A DNA stretch of 64,000 nucleotides from Epithemia pelagica (taxonomy: Eukaryota; Protista; Bacillariophyta), in NCBI GenBank assembly GCA_946965045.2, contig OX337233.1, positions 1,116,001 to 1,180,000 on the forward strand, read 5' to 3'. The notes beneath the pieces were generated by a model that ran no database searches, was not told where the DNA came from, and saw only the letters and a list, made by a program, of their open reading frames with translations. Both the position numbers and the translations under genes were made by a program. Positions 33,693 to 43,441 of the stretch are shown here, piece by piece; within the stretch, counting starts at the first letter, position 1; every line of letters begins with the position of its first letter.

Positions 33693-36600
33693 TTAGAACA
33701 GAATCATTTGTGCCAACCTTGTTCGTTCCGGACCAGTCTGAATCTTAGTAAGCAAGTCCGCTAGATTCGTCTTGGAAGGCTCAAACGCAATCTTGCATGT
33801 CCCATTGGCAACGTTCTCACGTACAAAGTGATACACAACTGAATTGGACTTCTTGCGCAATGTTGATTCTGGTAAGGAACTGTTGTAGACGACCGACATG
33901 TTGTCTACTCTCACGTGTGCATGTCCATCCAGAGGAATGCCCATCATTCTCAATTTGTACCGTAATCCTTTCAGCATCTCCACGCCAACCTTGAGAGCCA
34001 TAAATTCAGAACCAAAAGTCGAAGTTTCGACACTGGTTTGCTTCTTGCTGTACCATGAGATCGGTGCTCTATTCAAATAGATAAGCACTCCTGTTCTGGA
34101 CCGTCGTGTCAAGAGATCACCTGCATGGTCAGAGTCGACAAAGACCGTCATCTGGACAGCCTTGCCTAAAGGTTCGGGTGCATCTGGAGGTACTTCTTCC
34201 GTGGCTCCAGGATAGAAGCCTGACCAGTCGCTTGTCGGTTCATCACCAAGTTCAATATACGACGGGTCCATGATCAACCGTGAACGCTCATGTAGCTTGA
34301 GGTATGCAAAGAGGTGCAGCATTGCCTCCACATGACCTTCTCTGGGGCCAGCTAAAAATCCAGCCAACATTGAAACCTCTGCGGCGATGTCAATGCGTCC
34401 CAATTCAACTAGCCAACGGAGTACGCCCATCTGCTGCTGGTAGAACGACATTAATTCAGGATCACAATATGGGGTTGTGTCCAACTCAGGACGATATCCA
34501 CTGGGCAAGACACTTGGAGCTCGTGTTTTCAGTTTACGATCTCGGTCTTCCAGCCATGATACAACATTCGTTATGGCAGCTTTTGCATATTTCTCTGAAC
34601 TCAACGCCCAACATCGCTGTGAAGCGTCGTTATTGATATCAAATGTTTGTACCTGGGATCCCAAATAATACTTCGGAACGCCAATCGAATCCGGTTTCAG
34701 TAAGTAATGGTGATCCAGCATCGTGAGCGACTCCTTTGGTTTGTGAGAGATGATCAATATATCGTCGGTATAGACGAATAGCATTTCATAATAACGCTCT
34801 CCATTGCCTTTCGTCGCTTTCCTCAAATAGCAGTCAGGATCAGCACGGCATGGGAAATAGCCCAAGTCTTCTTGTAGGGTTGTGGACAGGAGATCACGCC
34901 ACGCGTAGGCGCTAGTCTTTAGGCCGTAGAGTGCCTTGGTTATAATCGCAATCCGACCTTGGTACTCGGTGCCGAATTCTAAACCACATCTTGTGCAGAC
35001 CTTTTCAAGGCATGGAGCATTAAGGTATGCACCAGCAATATCAGCCGCCTGAATCTCCAATCCATTTAGAGCCGCTAACATAAATCCAATACGCACACTT
35101 TCACGACTGACTACGCTTGCATATGTGGGCGCCTCAGGCTCTTCAGTTTTGTGTCCCCCGGCCACATATCTGGCCTTGCGGGTGAAATCCATCTTGACAT
35201 CAAAGACGATGTGACAAGGGATTACCTGATACCCCACTGGTTCATTTACGCCGTCGTCCAAGATGTTGACAGCAGGAAAAATCTTCGACATCTCCAGTTT
35301 CAAAGCTTTTCGCCAATAGTCCGTGCCAGTTTCACGATCAATTTGGAGTGCTCGTTCTACTGTTTTGGGGACCTCAATGCCGTATTTTTGGGATTGACGC
35401 ATATATCTTGTCATCTTGGCGGCTTTGATCAACCTCGTTCTCCTTCGGAGGGTGAATGGTACCCACCATGCGAATGCAGGTTGTTTCTCGATCTTGTTCG
35501 CAACCGCATACTCTGCGACTTCAATTGGATACGACTCCTTAAGATCTTTCAAGGCTTCCCAACTTGAAGAGCCATCTTTCCATTGCACGCATAAGGACCA
35601 TCCTCTAGTGGTCTTCTTCTTATGCTTGCGACCATTCAATTCGAATTCTCCCTCTGAGAGAGGGACAGCCGTTTTATCAGACTTGTGATCAGTAATCTCT
35701 TCAACCATTCGATATAGATTGCCCTCATCATCGAGCTGTTCGTAAATATTTTCAGCTATAATGTTGGCAGCATAGGATTGCACATGGCCATCATCGAATT
35801 CGACTTCGTAAAGTGTTGTGTCCAAGTATGGATTGGACGATGCGTGTCCGAGGACTCGACCTTCTGCGTCTCGTTTCCGTCTCCGAACAGTCCCCTTTCG
35901 TTGATCATCACCTAGGGGCAACATGACTTTTGCAGAGATGAGTTTATCGTATGCATCTGGTGCATAATCATCTGCTTCCGGCATGCGAACGTCCGGCTGC
36001 TCGTCGTCTTCATAAGCTTCGAACGTGGGTGTATCCGCATCATCTTCAAGAATACCCGCCATTCTGTCACCAAGGGCCGCTTGTAAATTTTCCATATATG
36101 TGGTTTGTTGTGCTTTGTGAGCATCATCCATTTGTAGATCTCTGTTGATTGGCCAGACAGAAGTGCGATGCACGATCTTGCCCTTTTCGGTCAGGACTTT
36201 TGCGCACATTGCCTGGCCCACAGTATGACTTGGACCCAACCAGCGTCCGAGTTTACGTCCCTCAAAGCCAGGGTTACTATACCACACAAAATCGAACCAT
36301 CGGTGCTCCACCAAATGGGAAATGTCTGGAGTATCTCCAGTGAGTTGCTGAATGGGCGGACCGTTGACATTACTTCCAAAGCTCGTATGGGAGCGTCGCT
36401 CCGCCATCAGCATGAGACAGTGGTCCCAGAGTACTGCTGGCGCGTTGCTGCGTCTCATTTCTCTGCGGTAGAGGCGCTTTAATTCTCTAATATTGGCCTC
36501 AGCCAGGTTTTGGTTGGGCGTCCATGCTTCCACTGGTTTTATCCGGCACCCGTACTTGTGGGCTAACTTCCGAAATTCTTGCGAGGTTAGCTCTGGTGCA

Positions 36601-37661
36601 TTGTCTGGAATAATATGGTTGAAGATGCCATAGCTGTCAAAGACAGCTGGCAATGTTGTCGGTGCTTCACTTTTCTTTCTCATAGGGATAAAATGCACCC
36701 AACCAAAGTCCGTAGCGAATATTTGCCCGCATGTATTTTGATCAAGAGACTTGGTCTCTGAGAACAGAGTGTCAGTGTACACGTCTGCTCGTAATCGACG
36801 ATGTCGCAATTGGTAGGCGGTATGTTTCAAACGTCGACTGCCGCCTCGATCGGTGAATTCACGGACACCAAGTTGTGTCGTCTGATTGAACGTCCGTTCT
36901 GCACTGGGGAGTCCAATATTCCATCGTTGTGCCAATTCATTCGGACGTACTGTCCCCTTTCGCCTATGTCCAATGTCTGAGACGTGGACATGGATGGCGC
37001 GATTGTTGACTCGGAGAGTCTTGGTCATTACGAGATTGATCGTCCGCTCACGTGTTGCATTTACTACGTTCGTCTGTATCGATTCCCTGAGTGTTCTTTC
37101 ATCAACATCTGGTGTTGAGTCATTCGGTTGCCACTCGGGTTGTTCATTCGTCATATCAATACGACAGGAAGGATCGATTGAATCAATCTCCTCCTTCGTG
37201 GGCTTACGTGTGCGAAATTGGCTTAAGACGCCAATTAGGTCGAGAGGGATTCGCAATTCTTCCATTTCTGTATCCCTTGCAATGATGCTGTGGGATCTTT
37301 CATTTCGGTCCCCTGGTTTCAAGTATTTCAAAGGGATATCATTGACTTCAATCCCGGCCTCCCGCATTTGATTCGGATTAAGAAGGCACTTGTCTTTTAA
37401 TTGCGGCAAGTGTAGAGCTTGGTGGAAATAAAGGAGGAACGTTTGGCCAGTCTCTGGATCATCATATGCTAAAACACCAGTGATGACGCTGGCCTCTTTA
37501 ATCTTACCGAGACTCTCAACAAAACCACTGACATCAGCCGTATCAGTCTGATACAGGACGTAACAGTTGCCCAGACAGCAAGTGTCGGCATGACTGTCGA
37601 GTTCACACCGGATTAGGGGAACCGAAATCTCACGAGAAGTTGTTGCAGACATCACATTGTG
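33693..37661 (-). CDS. pol: Pol of copia A (protease, integrase, RT, RNase H), in frame with gag behind a single TGA
   Basis: CELDSHADTCC (protease); VYTDT, IIPDNAPE and NLAEANIRE (integrase DDE); RKARYVAGGH and VYTDDIL (RT); FVDSDHAG, STFGSEF, VDNMSV and NLADLLTK (RNase H). Confidence 0.95.
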   Translation of the reverse strand, partial: HNVMSATTSREISVPLIRCELDSHADTCCLGNCYVLYQTDTADVSGFVESLGKIKEASVITGVLAYDDPETGQTFLLYFHQALHLPQLKDKCLLNPNQMREAGIEVNDIPLKYLKPGDRNERSHSIIARDTEMEELRIPLDLIGVLSQFRTRKPTKEEIDSIDPSCRIDMTNEQPEWQPNDSTPDVDERTLRESIQTNVVNATRERTINLVMTKTLRVNNRAIHVHVSDIGHRRKGTVRPNELAQRWNIGLPSAERTFNQTTQLGVREFTDRGGSRRLKHTAYQLRHRRLRADVYTDTLFSETKSLDQNTCGQIFATDFGWVHFIPMRKKSEAPTTLPAVFDSYGIFNHIIPDNAPELTSQEFRKLAHKYGCRIKPVEAWTPNQNLAEANIRELKRLYRREMRRSNAPAVLWDHCLMLMAERRSHTSFGSNVNGPPIQQLTGDTPDISHLVEHRWFDFVWYSNPGFEGRKLGRWLGPSHTVGQAMCAKVLTEKGKIVHRTSVWPINRDLQMDDAHKAQQTTYMENLQAALGDRMAGILEDDADTPTFEAYEDDEQPDVRMPEADDYAPDAYDKLISAKVMLPLGDDQRKGTVRRRKRDAEGRVLGHASSNPYLDTTLYEVEFDDGHVQSYAANIIAENIYEQLDDEGNLYRMVEEITDHKSDKTAVPLSEGEFELNGRKHKKKTTRGWSLCVQWKDGSSSWEALKDLKESYPIEVAEYAVANKIEKQPAFAWWVPFTLRRRTRLIKAAKMTRYMRQSQKYGIEVPKTVERALQIDRETGTDYWRKALKLEMSKIFPAVNILDDGVNEPVGYQVIPCHIVFDVKMDFTRKARYVAGGHKTEEPEAPTYASVVSRESVRIGFMLAALNGLEIQAADIAGAYLNAPCLEKVCTRCGLEFGTEYQGRIAIITKALYGLKTSAYAWRDLLSTTLQEDLGYFPCRADPDCYLRKATKGNGERYYEMLFVYTDDILIISHKPKESLTMLDHHYLLKPDSIGVPKYYLGSQVQTFDINNDASQRCWALSSEKYAKAAITNVVSWLEDRDRKLKTRAPSVLPSGYRPELDTTPYCDPELMSFYQQQMGVLRWLVELGRIDIAAEVSMLAGFLAGPREGHVEAMLHLFAYLKLHERSRLIMDPSYIELGDEPTSDWSGFYPGATEEVPPDAPEPLGKAVQMTVFVDSDHAGDLLTRRSRTGVLIYLNRAPISWYSKKQTSVETSTFGSEFMALKVGVEMLKGLRYKLRMMGIPLDGHAHVRVDNMSVVYNSSLPESTLRKKSNSVVYHFVRENVANGTCKIAFEPSKTNLADLLTKIQTGPERTRLAQMILF

Positions 37662-39077
37662 TCAAACGCTTCTCTTCTTACGTTGGCTCATGATAGCGCC
37701 GACACCCTTTGTGTCGTTATCAATACCATCAGACGATTCATCCGAAATGTCGGGTGTTTCGTCTCCATTGGTACGCGGTTTCTTGTTGGATTTGCTTGAG
37801 ATTGCTCCAACTCCACGCCTCTTGTCACGCTTCTCTCTTGCGTCTCGTACCCTTTGACGCTCTTCTCCGCTTAACTTAGCCCATTCATTGGGTTTATAAT
37901 AGCGATCAGTGACTTCTCTCTCTTTCTTATTTTCATTCTTCTTTCCACTTCCTTTATTCGGTTTAGAAGTCGATACTCCAGAGATTCTTGCTTGTTTCCT
38001 ACTTGCTGCGCTGTAGGATACCTTGCTGTCCAATACTTCTGCAAGGAAATTGGATGCGTTCTCGAAGGTTGAACGCAAGAATGGCGTCGCCAAGATTTGA
38101 TTCTTAGCGCTTTCAAGCCGAGAATCTGAGGTCCCAGTCATCAAGATTCTAACTTTTCTTTCCTCACTGACGTTTTCGCCTGTGGATTCGAGATCCGTAA
38201 AGGCACGTTGCAATGTTTCGATATATCGTTCATATGTGAAGTTGCGCTTGGAACCGTCGAAGTAGGTGCTTTCCAAGATCTGATCGGCTTTGGCTCGGAG
38301 ACGAGACTGAAAGACGTCACCTAGGTAGTGCGTCTTAAGGGCCAAGTATGCAGCACGTCCATTGCGGGTACGGGCAAAGGACATCACCCATCCCCAGCCA
38401 GGACCGTCATGAGTAATATGCCGAATTACTTCCCATACGGCAACCATGTCAGTGGTTGCTGTAGGGCCTTGGTGCGATGCGCGCCGAATCATTTCAGCTA
38501 AAATGGTTGGGGTGCCAAACCCATTCGGATCTGTCGTTTCCGGTTGGACATCGGGGTTTTCTCTCACATAGGCAGCAAGGGGAATTCCAGTTGCTCCACG
38601 CTTGCGTTCCAAATAGTTATCCAAATCTTCAAGAACGACTCGAATATTATCAACACTGCTGAGTTTCCCAGGTAGTTCAACTTCGTTGTCATACTCGTCT
38701 TCAGCTTCTTTGAACCGATACAACAGGGTCAAGTCATTCATCGTAGGTGGAACTGCAGCGAAAGTGCGATTGATTTTCCCAATGTGAACGATGTAGTAAC
38801 GGAGCATCTTGAGTTTCTTTTCAACCAGGTGCCCGATGAGGACTCCTGGATTAGCTATCATTGCTGGTACTCCAGCCGGATCAGGGTTGGGGATGAGGCC
38901 ACCAGGTTTACGAGCGTTGGTACAAATTTCGGCGACGTCTGCCTCGCTGAGGGCTTCAAAGTCGTAGACGGAGGTTAGGCCTTGACCATTGAGAGCAGTA
39001 CGAACTGCTGGATCGTTAATCTGCAGGACGACATCCAAATATACGTTCAGTAGTTGCATAGGATTCGGTGCTGCCAT
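37662..39077 (-). CDS. gag: Gag of copia A
   Basis: 471 aa; homologous to copia B gag (HITHDGPGWGWV, GSKRNFTYE, GAIMSQRKKR). Confidence 0.9.
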   Translation of the reverse strand: MAAPNPMQLLNVYLDVVLQINDPAVRTALNGQGLTSVYDFEALSEADVAEICTNARKPGGLIPNPDPAGVPAMIANPGVLIGHLVEKKLKMLRYYIVHIGKINRTFAAVPPTMNDLTLLYRFKEAEDEYDNEVELPGKLSSVDNIRVVLEDLDNYLERKRGATGIPLAAYVRENPDVQPETTDPNGFGTPTILAEMIRRASHQGPTATTDMVAVWEVIRHITHDGPGWGWVMSFARTRNGRAAYLALKTHYLGDVFQSRLRAKADQILESTYFDGSKRNFTYERYIETLQRAFTDLESTGENVSEERKVRILMTGTSDSRLESAKNQILATPFLRSTFENASNFLAEVLDSKVSYSAASRKQARISGVSTSKPNKGSGKKNENKKEREVTDRYYKPNEWAKLSGEERQRVRDAREKRDKRRGVGAISSKSNKKPRTNGDETPDISDESSDGIDNDTKGVGAIMSQRKKRSV

Positions 39078-39503
39078 GGTTGCGATTGTTCTTCTTTTTC
39101 GGACTTGTTCGGACTTTCCAGCGAAGTGAGCTTCATTAGTTTTGGGGGAATTTCCACGTCATGGTCTGAATTCTACTTGCGAGCGAGCGGTAGAATCGGA
39201 GTTGGAGTGCTTGCATAAGGTGCTAGGACGGCGCACGCCATTTAAGTAATGAACATGTCCGTATAGCGGCATCCTTCAACGGCAGGATGTGCGGCGCGTC
39301 CGCCATTGCCCGGTGTGTGCGCATACGCTGACCACACACCACAATCATCCATCTCGAGCCCCGTTGCAGGCGAGATATTAGTGAGATGAAAGGGAGTACA
39401 GGTATCCAACCTAGGGCAGTCATTCTTCCAAGCGAATGATCTAGATATTTTGCGACCTTCCCAGGCCATGGTGGTGTGACAACTCCTTCATCGGTTGATG
39501 CAG

Positions 39504-39518
39504 TTGGGTCTGATAAAC
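39504..39518 (-). promoter_or_regulatory. Primer-binding site GTTTATCAGACCCAA (copia A)
   Basis: Directly follows the 5' LTR; the identical 15-mer follows the LTR of copia B (59005-59019). Confidence 0.75.
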
Positions 39519-39631
39519 CAAATTACGCGTGTGATACCAAGTGAAAAACTAAAATAGTGAGCATTAAGCTACGCGTCCCTCATGGGTTAGCTACTCGCCC
39601 AAAATTCGCTTAATATCAGTCGCCTTTCTTG
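39519..39631 (-). repeat. 5' LTR of copia A
   Basis: Identical by eye to 33400-33512; reads CAAGAAAGG...CGTAATTTG on the minus strand. Confidence 0.92.
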
Positions 39632-40598
39632 CCTGTCTGGCTCCTTTATGGAGAATAGAAAATAATGACTACGGAGAGGCATCAATTATCAAGTTTACCT
39701 TTTGCCATTATTTGCCATTGGACTTCTGATCAGGAATCAGGAATCAGGACATGTTTCTGGTTTTCCTTCAACTCATTACTCCCTCCCTTAACTTTTTGTA
39801 ATAGCAAAACTTTCGTAGAGGAGGAGTAAAACGAAAAAATTATGATATGGGTGGGGACCTTTTTCTTCCTTTGTGTTTCGTTCCATAATCAACAGTCACT
39901 TACTCTGAATCCGGGTGGTAGGGATAGTAGGGAGGGTAGTAGAGGGCAGCAGCATCATATCCAAGTAATATTAGATCATCCTATTTATTGGATATGTATA
40001 TTAAGAATTCATAATACGTGCTTCCTCGTACTACGTACTACCTGATGTGAGTAGGACTTTAATGCTTTATATAATTAAGCCAATCGTGATCTTATCCTTC
40101 TGCCTGGTAGTAGGGGTACCATGGGCATTCGAAGATCCAATATCAATATTGATTGTATTCTTAATTCTATGCTTTCTCCGATTGTCAGTATTCTTTCTAT
40201 TCGTATTTCATATTTCATGGACGACCCCTTAAGTCAAAAGTCAACATTCCAATATTGGGATTCTACTGTAAAACATATACTTAAAATCTTTAATTAAAAA
40301 CGCACTTAAACGTGCGCTCATAACCCATTTTATTTTAGGTTTGAGACCAAATTTTGTCCGAGCCAACCCCTCGTCTCACGAACACTTCTCGTAAACACAA
40401 ACCTAGTTGTAGAGTATATATATATATATATGAACGCTTATCATATAAGCCTTCCCCCCCTAAGAAATCGTCCGTTCGACTGCCGCGCTCTTTGGAAATT
40501 TCAATGGACCCCCCCAACAAGAGCAACATCCCACCATTACGCCTTCCTCCGCTACAAAGGACCTTTCCAAGACATTCGAGAAACACAGATCGAATGCA

Positions 40599-41837
40599 AT
40601 GGAGTCTGAGGTCCCCACTCAGCGTCCAAGTCAACCCTTCCCAGGGCTGGACCACATCCAACCTGAGGAAAAACAACAGTCAGATGAAGACGATTGGGAG
40701 CCAGTGGCAGATGAGCCAGTGGCAGATTCTGATCAAGAATCAAACACTATCGAGGTGGAAGACGACAACGAACCTACTGCAATTGAACAGAATCACAAAC
40801 AACAGACGAAGGTGAAGAAAACAGCGGCAGTGACACCATTTGAGCGGCGCGAATCACCTCTTTTCAAGAAATAATGGGACGACAAAACGGCAAAGGAGAA
40901 AGCAACCAAAGCAGTGAAGACGAAGAGGAAACAAGCCCAACCCAAGAACGCAACCTCTTCAAACGCAACCTCTTCGAAACCCCCTAAACCCGCAGCGACT
41001 AAACCCAGCAAAGGAAATGGTGGAATTGGACGTGTTCGCGGCAAGAACTTCTCTACGGACGAGACAATGTTTCTTTTGAAACTCGTCCGTGATAAACTCC
41101 CAAGTGGAGGAGAGGATAGGGAGTGGGTTACGCAACAATACAATGATGTATTCGGCAAAAAGGGAAGGTTCCGTGACAAGGAATCCCTCAAGCGCCGTTT
41201 TGCAGCCTTGCACAATCGTCGAACCCCAACAGGGGACCCTGACTGCCCGGATGAAGTGAAGGAGGCAAAGCACCTCATGATCGCCATCCAGCAAAAGTGT
41301 GATGCTGGCAAATTATACGAGGACAAGGACATTGGTTTCTCGTCTTCATCGTCATCCTCTTCTTCAGAAGACGAGGAACAAGAAGATGATGAAGCTGATC
41401 ACGACAAGAAACCTGCAGCCGAAGCAAAAACTCCCAAGACGAAACTAGAAATTGGAGCAGCAACGACAAGCCTGCGTTCGTCCACGAAGAAAAGGAGAAA
41501 GAAGCACCATAAGAATGACAAAGACATCCTGGAGTACATGTCAATGTCCCAGGCTAAAAGACAAGAGAACGAGGATGCAGAAAAGGCAGAGCGACGAGAA
41601 CGCGAACAAGAACGACGAGAGCGAGAGCAGCGCCGCTACGAAGAGCTGCAGGCCGAGAAGGCGTCCAACCGGTTGCGAGCGGATCAGATGCAGCAGCAAA
41701 TGATCCAGATGCAACATTAAATGATGATGCAGCAGCAGAATTTTATGATGATGCTGATGCCGGACCGGTTCCCCAAGACGATGGACACTAAGGACTCAAA
41801 GGAGAATGAAAACAAAGAGCAGAACAAAGAGCACTAA
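40599..41837 (+). pseudogene. Myb/trihelix-like (DUF6818-type) DNA-binding ORF of a Harbinger element, with two premature TAA
   Basis: GKNFSTDETMFLLKLVRDKLPSGGEDREWV...SLKRRFAALHNRRTPTGDPDCPDEVKEAK; one frame continues across TAA at 40872-74 and 41718-20. Confidence 0.75.
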
Positions 41838-41872
41838 GAACAATAATAATCGTAGTACCAGAGAATTAATAG

Positions 41873-42464
41873 TTACAAATCTTGCAAAGTAAAACCATTC
41901 TTTCTAGTTGCGTTGAGAGAAGGGAAGAAGGTCGTAGAGATTTGATTGAATCCAACATTCGTAGCACAAAAGTTATACAAAAGGACAATCAAAGACATAA
42001 TCAATTTGCGCTCTCCGACTTCCTCGTACCGGAGACGATCTTTCAGACGGGGGAATGATGCTTGCAATCCATTCATCCCCCATTCTGATAGTTGTCTCAC
42101 TGCCGTAGCAGCTCCAAACAGCTCAGTCTTCTGTCGCATTCGTCCCTCTTGATCAGTGTTGTTCTGATAGGACTTCAATAGGGACTTTCTTCGTTCCGAA
42201 CCAAACGCGGAATCAACAACAGCTCGTGCGCCTCCTCTCTTGCGTTGGCGATGATCGATGGCATCTATCTTGTTGTAAGTGTTCGAATAGATAGCAAGCG
42301 TTGAATCATGCCATGACCGGGGCGCATTGATATACGACGCCCGGATCCTCCCATCCGGTGAAAACAAAAAGAGGTTGGATATGAAGAGGTCACACTTCCA
42401 CCCATTATAAAATAGGTTGTGATGTTTCGCTCTGGCTTCTATGGGAACCTTCAAACCATCCATG

Positions 42465-42541
<77 letters not shown>

Positions 42542-43127
42542 CGTAGAATTGGATACTTCTCCTGATTGCCTTCTTGAAACTTCGGACTTCTTCCTTGGTA
42601 GGGAGCCTAACTTCTGCATCGGGATGCCGGTTGAGGACCTTGACAAGAATCCGTCGACCAAACCGCAACCAAACAGACAACGGGTTAGCGGTGAGGCCGA
42701 ATACTAGCTGAAGTAACATCGTTGATCCACGTGTTTGTGTCCAAGCCAATACTAGACCAAGGCATATTTTCGCATCAATCAACCGTCGGCCTCTCCTCTT
42801 CCCTTTTGCAGTCAATCGTCGCATGGGCCGACGGTTTTTGGCGGATTGAGGGTAAGGCGTCCAATTATCGAAATAAGGCGCAAACAGGTCAAGTAGCTTG
42901 TGGAATGAACTAAAGTCGAATCCACACAAGGCTATGAGGGATGCATCCTTCTCACTGTTATACAGTTTCATAAAAGCGGAATGCATTGGATGGTGGAGAG
43001 ATGCTCGAGAGATTCCAGCTGAACGCAGACGACGACGCAGACGCTCTAAGTTCGATTGCCGCTCTTCCTCTTCTTGCCTTCTACGATGGAGCAATAGCAG
43101 CAACAAGTCCTCCTCGTCGTCGTTCAT
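41873..43127 (-). pseudogene. PIF/Harbinger DDE transposase, disrupted
   Basis: LGLVLAW, MDGLKVPIE, FYNGWKCD, PRSWHDS, VVDSAF, RQLSEWGMNGLQASFPRLK and LLYNF; frameshift and microsatellite at 42465-42560. Confidence 0.9.
42465..42537. repeat. C17 homopolymer plus (CA)28 microsatellite inside the transposase
   Basis: Seen directly. Confidence 0.95.
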
Positions 43128-43213
43128 GGTTCTTACAAACAACGCCCTACTCAAACAAGGAAAGAAAGGCGAAACAACGATACCCTGTATTCGACACGGA
43201 GAGAGGTACGTTC

Positions 43214-43393
43214 TGCAATGTGAAACATGCTCTGATGCGAGACGTGCGCAGACCTGCGCCTCAGACATGCGCAGACCTGCACTTCAGACATGCGCAGACC
43301 TGCACTTCAGACATGCGTCAAACCCGTATCACGTCTCACACTTTAGACCTTAGCTCATAATGCTATCATCGACATCTTTAGCAAGCTACTGCA
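43214..43393 (+). repeat. Gypsy 5' LTR (180 bp) with internal 22-bp tandem units
   Basis: GCGCAGACCTGC(G/A)C(C/T)TCAGACAT-like unit about 3 times; about 6 substitutions and a 5-bp indel versus the 3' LTR. Confidence 0.92.
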
Positions 43394-43441
43394 TTCTGAT
43401 CAGAGCTTCTCCCTTGCTTTGGATCAACAAAAGAAAACACC

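Larger units (their letters stand above)
33400..39631 (-). mobile_element. Full-length, apparently intact Ty1/copia LTR retrotransposon (CoDi-like), element A
   Basis: Two identical 113-bp LTRs; target duplication CCTG at 33396-99 and 39632-35 (or GCCTG with a 112-bp LTR); PBS; PPT; open gag and pol in PR-IN-RT-RH order. Confidence 0.97.
40500..43213. mobile_element. Decayed PIF/Harbinger transposon (convergent Myb-like ORF and transposase); termini not resolved
   Basis: Two-gene layout typical of Harbinger; the gypsy element sits 87 bp upstream of the transposase ATG, so the right end probably lies beyond 48214. Confidence 0.75.

Noticed and set aside
39242-39469. 75-aa uORF MAWEGR... in the copia A leader
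   Set aside because: The equivalent frame in element B stops after 12 codons; the conservation is better explained by RNA structure.
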